Assembly (NCBI GenBank): GCA_951406725.2
Contig: OX597834.1
Coordinates: forward strand, 32,054,001-32,118,000
Origin: Octopus vulgaris
Lineage: Eukaryota
DNA: 64,000 nucleotides
Direction of reading: 5' to 3'
Of this stretch, positions 13,827-26,600 are shown piece after piece (positions within the stretch are counted from its first letter, which is position 1; every line of letters begins with the position of its first letter). Below the pieces are notes generated by a model, which saw nothing but the letters and a program-made list of their open reading frames with translations, did no database searches and had not been told where the DNA came from. The position numbers and the translations under genes were made by a program.

Positions 13827-14600
13827 AAGATTTGAGTCAATATATTTAATTTCCACAAGAAAAATGTTAAAATGCAATCAGCAAAACTTTCAAAGTCTTG
13901 GGTTTCTTACCCACCCCCCTTTCCACTATCTTAGAATGCACTAGGTTCGCTGTACTTGCAGGAAACCCAAGGTTTTGAATGGAACACTGATTGTATGTTA
14001 AATAAACAACGCTACACATTCTACCTATTTCTTTATTACCCACAAGGGGCTAAACACAGAGGGGTCAAGCAAGGACAGACAAACGGATTAAGTCGATTAC
14101 ATCGACTCCAGTGCATCCGAAAGGATGAAAGGCAAAGTCGACCTTGGCGGAATTTGAACTCACAACGTAACGGCAGCCGAAATACCGCAAAGCATTTCGC
14201 CCGACGTGCTAACGGTTCTGCCAGCTCGCCTTACACATTCTACCTGCTGGTATTGGGGCATCCTTCCTCGTGTTTGTCACCATGGACATAATGTAGTTGC
14301 GTGTTGCATTTAACGAGTGATTATATTAAGGTGCGTTTTTGTGTTACTAAGTGCATCAGTGAACAGTTATGCATTTGTATGTATTGATATATCTGTGCAT
14401 ACGTTTGTGTGGTGGGATTGATGGCTTTGTTTTTGTTTTTTGTTATTTTCTTGCTAGATCAAGAGTAAGGGATTCTGTGTGTGTGTGTTTTCTGGAAGAA
14501 TTGAAATGTGTATCTCTCCAGGTAGCTAGTTGTGTATGAGTGTGTGTGTGAGAATGTGTTCATTAGGATATGTATGTGTATTTGTTATGAACCCATCTCA

Positions 14601-14703
<103 letters not shown>

Positions 14704-17700
14704 TATATATATGGCTGTGCAAAATCTTCATAAACAACCCCTTTGAAACCTGGCCATTCTTTCATCTCTCCCTATTCCTCTACTTTGTTTATGTATTCTC
14801 CTCCTCTCTCCCTCATCCTCTCCTTCCATTGTTGTCTCCCCTTTCTTTCACATGCACATTTCCCCCCTTGTTCTTTCTCTCTCTCCCTCCCTCCCTCTTC
14901 CTCTCTCCCTCCCCCTCTCTCTCTGGTTAAGTCAGTGTTTTTTCCTAATTTAAAGCTATTGATTGTCCTGGCTATTTAATAGATTCCATTATATATTGTT
15001 CATGGTGGTGGTAGTAGTGTTGGTGGTGGTGGTGTTTGTTATTGTTGATGTGGTCACTATCATTGTTTGTGGTTGTTGTTGTTGTTGTTATTGTAAGTTA
15101 CTTTTGTTGTCAGACATGTTTTAGCATTATTGTATTCGGTGGAAGGACTGAGGCAGGGGTGGGTGGGTAGTGCAAGATAGTGTGTGTGTGTGTGTGTGTA
15201 AATGAGAGATAGTGAATGATAGTTGTGTGTGTGTGTGTATTTATGCATGTGTATTTATGTATGTGTGTGTATTTGTGCTTGTATGCAAGGGAAAGACAGA
15301 GGAAGTGTAATAACCGTGTGTTTCTGAGAGATGGAGAGCATGTACATGTGTGAAAGGTGGGGGGGGGAGGAAGGAGGAGTGGAGAACCAAAGGAAGGTGC
15401 AAACTGGTAGGCATTCAATGAAGCAGGCTTGAAAAACAGGTTGTGAGGATCAAATCACAAGAATAATTGATTAAAGTAATCAGTCTGTGTCTTTTCAGTC
15501 CCTTATCAAGCACTTTTCTCTCCATCACATACTCTGTATGTGTGTGTGTGTGTGTGCATGCGTGCGTGCATGTACCTGCATGCATTCGTGTAGATGGGTA
15601 GGTTCTGTCTCTCTGAAACAATTTCAAGCTCTTCTGCAGCCCTCACTGATATCTGATATATTTTAACCCATTGTTTAAAACAGTCATAGGCAAACTTCCA
15701 GAAAGTCCCATGGGTCACATGCTGCTCATGGGACTTTCTGAATGGCAAGCCTAGTAAAAAAAAAGTTGCCTTGAATTCTTTTTTTTTTATTATTATTATT
15801 CTAATTAATGCAGCTCAACATGGAGGAACGTGGCTTAGTGGTTAGGGGTGTTGGGCTTATGATTGTAAGATTGTGGTTTCGATTCCTGGACCAGGCGACG
15901 CATTGTGTTCTTGAGCGAAACACTTCATTTCACGTTACTCCAGTCCACTTGGCTGGCAAAAGTGAGTCCTCTTGTGATGGAAACTGGGGAAACCAGCCCT
16001 TATGAGTCAATATGAGTTGGGAAGGATCTTTACTCTTTTAGTGTAGCTCACCTGATCAAGAGCCATGTCTCATGTGGCTTGCTTCTTGAAAAAGGTTGCA
16101 CATGTTTGGTTTAAAATAACAGCAGCAACAATATCATCAAATTAAATAGGGGCCAGTAAAGAGGCAGACCCTACGTGGTCATTCAATCTGTTAAAAATTG
16201 CAGTTAAATCTCTCTCAAATCACACCCTGCTATCTTAAAAGTAACATGTTGGATTATGACACATAATGGCAAGATATGGGACTGGTATGCATTAACTGGC
16301 ACTTCCCACTGATGTGGTCCAATAGACCAAAATCATACGATATGGAAATTCCTGCAGTCATGGCACAAATTTGGTCTGCTACGCTTTGTGTGTGTGTTTT
16401 TATGCACCAAGTGACTTCATGAGGGGATCTGTCGAGGTTAATAATGCCGTATTCGATGTTCTAACGAGACATCTATGTTAAGTTGGACATTGGATATTGT
16501 AGCCCTAGACATATATGTGCTGTGTCTGAATTTTGAGGAAGCAAAAATTGTATGGTCTCTGTTGGAATATCTTGATCGTAGGTTGACAGTAACGAACCTA
16601 ATTAAGTTCCTCTCCTCATTTCTTGGACATTTTCCTTTCTTTGCTTATACAGTTGATAACCAGAAAATCTTTTTAAATTCTTCCAACCAGTTGAATTATT
16701 TCAAATTTCTACCAGAAATTGTTGTTATAGTGATGGTGGTGGTGGTGATGGTTGCGGTCATAGTGATGATGGTGACGGGGTAATCGTGATTATGGTGGTG
16801 GTGGTGGTGGTGGTGGCAGTGTTCATCATTGTGGTGGTGGAGGTGGTAGGTGGGGATAGCTGATTGACTTCACTCTGATGTAAAAGTATCCCATCCCCTG
16901 ACCCCCTGTAAAAGCTAAAGGTGTTGTCCTTTCTTCTACCAAACAGTTTAGAGAAGCAATCACATATCTTTAACAGTATTGCTACCCCCCATACACACAC
17001 ACACACACACACACACTCAAACCCACCCACCCACACACTCACTCATAAATATATAAAAGCACATACATAGGTGCAGGTGTGATTGTATGGTAAGAGGTTT
17101 ACTGCCAAACCACATGGTTGCGGGTTCAGTCCCACTGCATGGCACCTTGGACAAGAGTCTGCTACGATAACCTCAATTGGCCCAAAGCCTTGTGAGTTGA
17201 TTCTATAGATGAAAACTGAAAGAAGCCCGTGTGTGTGTGTGTCCCATCGCAACTTACCAACTGTTGTCAGCTTGTTTACATTCATGTAACTTAGTGGTTT
17301 GACAAAAGGAGACTGTTGGAATAAGTACCAAGCTCAGAAAAAAATGAAGTACTGGGATTCATTAGTTTGACTAAACCATTGAAAGCGGTACCCCAGCGTG
17401 GCTGCAATCCAATGACTGAAACCAGTAAAAGATAAAAGACACACACACACACATACTGTATACCACAACAAAACTATTCATATGATAGACAAACTATCAC
17501 TCACTTATCGAATACAATAATCTATACATGCAACAATGCTGCTAAACACACACATGCATGCACGCACGCATGCACATGCACACATGTCATACACACACAC
17601 ATCTAAATATCACATACGGCATATGCATATTGTAGAGAACATAAAAGGAAAGCTGTTTACGTGAAGCAAGGCTTCACTCATTATCCTGCAGAATACACAT

Positions 17701-19327
17701 TCTCTGAGGCAATGTTAGCATGTGCTCAGACACACACACACACACGCGCACACACACACACACATACATATTCCTATATACACACATGCTCACACATATT
17801 GTAGACCACTTTAAAAAGAAATCTATATGCCAATCTTCACTCATTATCACACTGTAATATGCTCAATCTAGGGATGTAGAGTGTTGCTATATATATACAT
17901 AACTTTCATGGATGGACACACACACACACACACACACTGTCTTACTTACATGCATACATCACAGCATGCATACACACCTATTGTTGACCACAATAAAAGA
18001 AAGACATGGTAAACCATCCTTCACTCACTGTCACACTACAACATACTTCATATAGAGAAGTGTTTCTACACACACACACTCTCTTTCTCTTTCTCTCATT
18101 GCAGACACATCAAGGTTTCCTTTATGTGGTAAACCAACCTTCATTCTCTTAAACTCTCTTAAGACTCAAGAAGTCATGCTGCTTTCTTAGCATCTGGCTT
18201 GAACTTTCTTAAGAAGAATTTAAGTATTACAGCAAAAAAGTGTGTGTGTGTGTGTATGTATATATGTATGTATGCATGCGTTTGGGAGAGGCGCTAAGTC
18301 GATTACATCAACCCCAGTACTCAACTGGTACTTAATTTAAGGCGGCGAACTGGCAGAAACGTTAGCACGCCGGGCGAAATGTGTAGCCATATTTCGTCTG
18401 TCGTTACATTATGAGTTCAAATTCCTCCGAGGTCGACTTTGCCTTTCATCCTTTCGGGGTCGATAAATTAAGTACCAGTTACGCATTGGGGTCGATATAG
18501 TCGACTTAATCCACCTGTCTGTCCTTGTTTCTCTCCTCTGTGTTTAACCCCTTGTGGATAGTAAAGAAATAGGCACTTAATTTATCGACCCCCGAAAAGG
18601 TGAAAGGTAAAGTCAGCCTCTGCAGAATTTGAACTCAGAACCAGTTAAAGAATAATAACGATTATGAACTTAAGAGTTGGACCACATTTTGGGGGTGGGG
18701 AAAGTATATGCCCAGTAATCATAAACCCTATCCCTCACTTCTCACCCCTCAGTTCAAGCCCTCATTTCAGGCTCTCTCTTTACTCTGGAAGGGTGACATT
18801 TTAAGTTGTTCTGAGTTGAAATTTGAGCTCAGAATGTAAACGAGTCCCTAGCTAAAATATCCCCGTGGTGCTCAATCCGACACCCTACTTTATGTTTCCA
18901 GGTTAGTTTTTAAGTGGTAGACCTGCATCAACTAGTCATTTTATCGATCCAAAAACTGTTCAAATAAAGCACCAGACAGTGTGATGGTGTTGGCGGCAGA
19001 GGAGGAGGAGGAGGTGGTGGTAGTGGCAGTGGTCATAGTAGTAGCAGCAGTTTTTTTTCTACTACTATTGTTTTTTTTATTTATTTCTTTTAAAGAGTTA
19101 CGAGAGAAGGTATGTTTTATTTTTGTTGCTTGGACAAACACATAAATACACACACACACACACACATGTATCTTGTATATGTACGCACACACATGTATGT
19201 CATATCAACAACTATATGCACACATATCATGTATAAACACACAGATACATACATATATGCTCACACGTGCACACACACATATAACAAACATGCACACAAT
19301 ATCATATATATTACATACATATATACT

Positions 19328-19365
<38 letters not shown>

Positions 19366-19450
19366 TTATGTATGTCATATAAACAACTATATACACACTA
19401 TGCTCACACACACACACATATAACAAACATGCACACAATATGTATATATC

Positions 19451-19481
<31 letters not shown>

Positions 19482-19484
19482 CAC

Positions 19485-19557
<73 letters not shown>

Positions 19558-22500
19558 TGTATGTCATATAAACAGTTATATGCACACATATATGCTCACA
19601 CACACACACACAAGGTTGGGCTTTCAAAATTTCAACGACTTGTTTGCTGAGCTTCAAAATGACTGTATGAATAATTTAAAATTCCACACCATATCACTAT
19701 AATAGCCACAGGCTCGGTTGTGTGGTAAGAAGCTTGCTTCTTAATCATGTTTCAGGGTTCAGTCCCACTTCGAGCAACCAAAGCCTTGAGTGGATTTGGT
19801 TGGCAGAAACTGGAAGAAGCCCACCATAAATAAATTCACACATACACACCCACGTGTGTATGTATCTTTGTGTCTGTGTGTCCACCGTCACCACCACTTG
19901 ACAACTGGTGTTGGTGTGTTTACATCCCTTAGCAGTTTGGCATAAGAGGCTGATAGAATAAGTACTGGGGTCAAGTCATTTGACTAAAAATGCTTGAGAG
20001 GTAGTGCCCCAGCATGGCCACAGTCTAATGACTGAAACAGGTCAAAAGATAGAAAAGATATATTTTTTTTTATTAACAATTTAGGTGCTGGAGTGGCTGA
20101 GTGGTCAGAAGCTTGCTTGCCAACCACATGGTTCCGTGTTCAGTCCCACTGCATGGCACCTTGGGCAAGTGTCTCCTACTATAGCCTCGGGCCAACCGAA
20201 GCCTTGTAAGTGGATTTAGTAGACAGAAACTGAAAGAAGCCTGTGGTATATGTGTGTGTGTCTGCGTTTGTCCCCCCACCATTACTTGACAACCGATGTT
20301 GGTGTGTTTACGTCCCTGTAACTTAGCTATTCAGCAAAAGAGACTGATAGAATAAGTACTAGGCTTACAAAGAATATGTCCTGGGGTCGATTTATTTGAC
20401 TAAAGGCAATGAAGTAAAAGAAAAAGAAAAGAATTACATTATATTAAGCATGGCTGCATGGTTAAGAATTTCACTTCCCAACCACATGGTTTTTGGTTCA
20501 GTCCCACTCCATGGCACCTTTGACATATGTCTTCTACTATCGCCATGGGCCAACCACAACTTTCTGCTTAATCCAGAGAATGGATTTGATTGATGGATTT
20601 GAGATGTTTTCCCTGTGGGAAGACTTGATATTCTCAACTATAAGTACAGGCATGGTTGTGTGGTAAGAAGCTTGCTTCCCAACCACTTGGTTCAGGGTTC
20701 ATTCCTACTGTATGGCACCTTGGGCAAGTGTCTTCTGCTATAGTCCTGGGCTGACCAAAGCCTTATGAGTGGGTTTGGTTAGACAAAAACTAAAAGAAGC
20801 TCACTGTGTGTGTGTGTATGTATACGTGTGTATGAATGTGTCTTTATGTTTGTCCCTCCACACACACATGTTGGTTTGTTTAAACCCCCATAACTTAGTG
20901 GTTCAACAAAAGTGACTGATAGCATAAGTCCCTGCCCTAAACAAAAAAAAAAGGAGGGGACTGTGGTTGATTTCTTCCATTATACTCTTTAACGCTGTGC
21001 CCCATGAAGGCCGCAGTCCAATGAGTGAAACCAGTAAAAGCTAGAAGATAAAAGATCTGTTGACCTCGTTTTCTATTGCTGTTGTGTATTTGATAGCATT
21101 TCAATGTGGTCTTTGGTTTTTGACCTCTGCCAGAAACTCTGTTGATTTGTCTGTTTAATATCAATTCACTGATTCGCCGAGAGAATAACTTGTTTATTTT
21201 GGCCAAACTTTACCCTTCTATTGTAAGACTGGGTGTGTGTCTGATTATCTGTATGTGTATAACTTTGTGCATGTGTGTATATGTCATGTGCTTGTGTGTA
21301 TATGTCATGTACATGTGTGTATAAGTCATGTACATGTGTGTATATGTCATGTGCATGTGTGTATATGTCATGTGCATGTGTGTATATGTCATGTGTATGT
21401 GTGCATGTGTATGATGATGTGTGTGTGTGTACGTACATGCATATGTGTGCATCTGTATGGTGTGTATGTGACTGTATGTACATACATAAATGTATGTGAG
21501 AGTGTGTGATGTATAAGTCATGTGTTTGCCATGTTATGTCAATCTGCTTAAGCTTGGATCAAATCCATGAACCTCCATTTTGCATGCATTTGCTCTCTCT
21601 CTCTCACACACACACAGAGTTAATTTAGTAGATGGAAGCTTTTAGACTACTGGTATGTGTGTGTGTGTTTCTTCCTTCATTTTGACATCCGCATGATGAT
21701 TTTAAACCAGACTCCCCTTTCATACAAGCTGTGTCATTCATTTGCAATTTTTATAAAAATAAATGCAGCCACTGAAACAGTCATTGCTTGAAGAGCTAGA
21801 GACCATCACCTTGCTTGGAATCTGGTGAGGATTGCTGGGAGCAAGTGCCTTTGGTCATAGAAACCCTGCTTCAACAAGTTTTCACTGATTCATGCAAGCA
21901 TAGAAAAGTGGACTTGAAAACAATGACAGTGTATTTACTTTGTTTGTTTCCATGTCAAGTTGAAAAACTGTGTTTCTTTCCATTGAACTGTATTATTGTG
22001 CATCTGTTTAATTTGTAAGGTTTCTTTCCCCATTCTGGTTATGTCTGGCATGTTTTAAGTCTTCAGGCATTTTACTGCAATGTATGCTACTTCGGTTATG
22101 TTTAAAATTACTGAAACATGCCAAAGGAGTGGTATTATGGGTTAAATCCACTGAAACTACATTGATTCTGTACTCCATAGCTGACGAGTTGTTTGCCCTG
22201 TCCATTTATCTTCCTTTTAATCATTTCCATGTTCTCTCACTGATATTTACACACAAACACACAAGTAATAAAATAGTACATTGCTTTTTTCTTTTTCTTG
22301 TTTATCTTTTACAGATCTCATAGCTTTTGAAACACCATGTCTATTGTATACAGCAGATAGCAGATACTATGATATAAACTACAAAGTCTATTTTACATTT
22401 GTTAAAATAGTATCTGCAGAAAAGAAGCAAATTCCAAGATAACACCAAAATCTTTTTGAAGACTATTTTTTGAATTGTTTTACAATTTTTTTGTCTTTCT

Positions 22501-22835
22501 GCCATTCCTTCCTTCCTCTAAAGTCTTTATTTTTGGGAATATCTGTATGGTCCCATACAATTTGATATCCCTGCCATTTCTTTCTCCCTTGTGTCATTGT
22601 TATGTGTCTTATAAACACATTGGAGCTGCTGGGATTCATAAACACAGTCCTTAGTGTCCTTAGCATTCATTGATGCAGTCAATGTTGCCATTAGTATTCA
22701 CTAACACAGTCGATGGTGTCATTAATGTTCACTGCTATTGTTAGTATCCACAGATACAGTCATCAGTCTCATTAGTATTCACTTACATAGTCTTTGGTAT
22801 TGCTGGTATGCACTGACAGTCTTAAGTCTAGAAAT

Positions 22836-23646
22836 ATGGCAGGCAAGAAAGAGACTGCTGCAGAGAAAGGCGGCAAGGCTGACCTGTTGGATTTGGCCAG
22901 ATCTGAGGAACTGCCTCAAAGCTCTGAGATCAACAGCAATGAACTGTCCAATTCCTCAAAAAGCAAGGTGGTCAGGCCGATGGACATTGATATCCAGAAT
23001 GAGAGCAGCTACTACAATACGTTACTTGGCGCACACAGAAACAATGGTGCCAGATGCAAGACCAAAAAACTCAAACAGACTCAGTTAATATGCACAAAAA
23101 AGGGGCTCTCTATAGCCATGCTTGATAATAATTCCCAGTTTGGCAAGGACCCTAATATAACCCTCCATTTCACCGACAACAATTTGGCCAATGATAATTC
23201 TGTATGCAACACTCAGGAGAACGCCAATACATCTCTCAGAGCTAACAACTGCCAACCAAAACTCTTAATGCAATCTTCATCTTTAGACAACCGAGATAGT
23301 GACAAACCAGTCGACACAAACATTTCAGAATGGTTCGTGTGTTTCATCTGTAATACTCCCAAAAATTCAGCTGAAGAACTTCAAATCCACATCAATAAAG
23401 ATCATTTCGATTCTCGTTCAGAAGAAAAACGGCAAGACGACAATTTCACAACTTGCTTTCTCTGCAAACAGCAGCTAAATTCTGTTCCAGAACTTCAAGT
23501 ACATATCAATCGAGACCATTTTGATTCTCCAGTGAAACCAATTGGAACCGATATTTCAGAAGCAATTGCTACAAAAGTGGCCGACAAAGACAACAAACTT
23601 GTTTGTATTGATTCAGAGTTTGGACATTTTGCTTTAACCAAAGATG
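22836..23646 (+). CDS. ZUP1: ZUP1 coding exon 1 (two C2H2 zinc fingers)
   Basis: CFICNTPKNSAEELQIHINKDH and CFLCKQQLNSVPELQVHINRDH; donor G|GTAAGG; 5' boundary uncertain. Confidence 0.8.
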
Positions 23647-26600
23647 GTAAGGGATATTTTTGGTATCTTTTCTCTCTGATTCAGTTAAATATCACAACCT
23701 TCAACTAGTGTATGCTAGTTTTAGAGACCCTGAGTAGCTTCTTCTCCCTTTGATTAAGCCCTGCAAAAAAATACTAAATAAATTCAAAACTGTGTATTAG
23801 AAATGTCTATTTGGTAAACGTCTTGTCCCAAGCTGCCTTTCGTTGGGATGGAACTATGCTACAATTATTACCAGCCACAGAATTTGGTTGGCATGTCTGC
23901 ACCAGGCTCCATTTGTCTGTCCTGGCTTGGTTTCTACAGCTGGATGCCTTCTTAATGCCAACCACTTTACAAAATGGACTGAGTGCTGTGTCTGTGGCAC
24001 CAGCTCACTGGTGTTTTTTACATGGCACCAACACCAGTGGGGTTGCCAAATAATTTGCAAGACAAAAACTTCTCTTTTGAAAGAAGGCATGATACCACAG
24101 GAAGTGGCTTTGTGCCAGGTGAGAGGTTAGCATATAATAGAGGGATAGAGATAGGTGTTTTGCTGTAGAGGAGATACTTGGCTACCCCAGTAGGAGAGAG
24201 AAGAGAGGAGAGAGAGAGAGAGAGAGAGAGATCACTTCAATATATATGCATTATTTTTTGAGATAAGCTATATGGAATAGTGTGTATCTGTATGGACATG
24301 TTTCTCTTTATGTATGTATATGATGCCAATCTTTTTTTTCCAAAAACAGAGCAGAATGACAGATTGATTGCAGAGATGCTTCAGAAAGAATTTGATGAAG
24401 AAATTGAATTTCGGAAATTGCAGGTATGTTATTGTTGTTGTATTTTTTGTGTTGACCATTCTATGCTTCCCATTGAAAATTCTTGATATTTCTGCTGCAG
24501 TACAACTGCTCTGGTGCCATTGTACTTCAACTGAAGTTGTAGCAGAATTATGTTATTTAAAACAATTATCACCTCATTCACATTCGTTAAATAAAAGAGG
24601 CCCTTCTTTGTGACATAATTCTTAATGAATTTATCCAGATTCTTGATTATTTTCAAATATATATTCTTAGAAATATGCTCAGAAAATGGTCAGTGAATGA
24701 GACAGGATTCTTCATAATGACTGTATTAAATCGGTGTGTGCATAAACTGGGAAGAAAGGAAGATACAGAAGATATATTGAGATTTATGTAGGAATTACTG
24801 CAACCATCATTTGGAATCAAGAGTGACTTAGCAGAGTGTACCATGCTCTCAATAATTATTTTAGGTGTCTGTGTAGTCACATACTACTTGTACTTGTGGT
24901 GACATTCACCCTGGGTGGGTTGAGTCGGCTTCTACCACCCTCGAGGCATCTCGAAGAAGTTGGAAGAAGTTTCGTGGGAATATGTGGATTTCACAAGCGG
25001 TCCCCAACAATCCCGCATGTAGAGGCATCCTGTTTGCCGCAGATTGTCCGCAGACACAGGGACAGAACGACCGAGGAGCCATCGGTTGCCGAAACAGACA
25101 CTCCGAGGATTTTCCCCAGAGCCCCGTCTGCTGGGTTGTGGCCCTAATACCACTTGGTGTCAGACCAATCTGCCTTGGGTGGCCCTACCAGGAACCAAAG
25201 TTCCTGACGGCATAGCTCTGACACTAATCATTGCCAGCATCCCCACCACGGTGAGGTGGGCCCCTTTGATTCCTGTTTTATTCCAGTGGACCTCCCATAG
25301 CCATTCAGAGTTTAAAAATTACTTTCATAGATGCTCCTTTCAAAATTCTTACTTTATCTCTCATTTCTCAAATATTCACTAATGTAGGTTTGCCGTAACA
25401 CTCTCTGAGAGAACATGTTTTTGTGGCCAGAAACATGTTGAAGAGAAAGAAACCTAATCCTGTCTAAAGCAAAATTTTTCCACGGACCCTTAAGGTACTG
25501 CTGGAGATTCCCAATTTACTATTTTGTTTCCGTGGTTCTCCCAAAATCTTATATGGACCCCCAACTGAGAACCACTGGTTTATATAATAAAATTATGCCA
25601 CTGCTCATTTCAGTGGTTACAACACACAATGTCAGAATTTCTAAATACACTCAAGAACAGATAACAAACTAGGACAGTGATTTATTTCAATACAGTGATT
25701 GGTTTTTGATTAAAAAAAACTGGGGAGGAAAAGAACAAAAAATCTAAATGCTAAACCAACACATTGTTGAATCACCAAGATATTCAGTAAATATTTTTCA
25801 CAAATCTATGATTTAATTAGAAAGATATTTACTTAGAATGCTCTAGATTAGTGCTGAGATAAGGCGAGATAATTATTCATCTACAGTTTTATTTGTTTAT
25901 TCTTTTACTGGTTTCAATCATTGGGCTGTGGCCATGCTGGGGCACCCTCCACAATAGTTTCAGTCAATTCTACCTACTTTAGTGCTCATATTTTAATATG
26001 GTTTTTATTTTAACAATGTTTCTCTTTATCAAATGGTTGAGATCCTCCTTTTTTTTTTTTTTTGGCATAAAAAACACAGCTCAATACAGTGGCATACACA
26101 AATCAAGAATTTCATACATTCATGCATGCACACACACACACACACAGGTCTACTTATCTATGCATGTGTTTGTATGTGTGTGTGTGTGTGTGTGGCCATT
26201 AAGTATACAGATGGGGTTATAATCCCAAGTTGTATCTTCATGAAGCACATCTGCATGTTCACAGTAAACAAATGTTTGTACGTAGATGTTTTATTTTAAA
26301 TGACACATACATAGCATTTGAAATTTCCAATATAAATTTATTTATTTATATTTATATACTTTCAGAGCAGCTTCTCATAATATAATTCTAAGATGAAGCA
26401 TGCATATATGTGTAAATGTACATGAATATATGTAGAGATGTATGTGTGTATGTATATATATATAGGTGTGTTCTTGTGTGTATGTATGTATACACACACA
26501 TACTATATTTTGTTCTACATCAGATATTATTTTATGGCATATACCAACTACTATAGCACTCCGTCGGTTGTGACAATGAGGGTTCCAATTGATCCAATCA

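Noticed and set aside
25401-25445. Hammerhead-like CTCT-CTGAGAG...GAAACATGTT-GAAGAG
   Set aside because: The 5' core and stem II cannot be formed; better described as a short AACATGTTT hairpin
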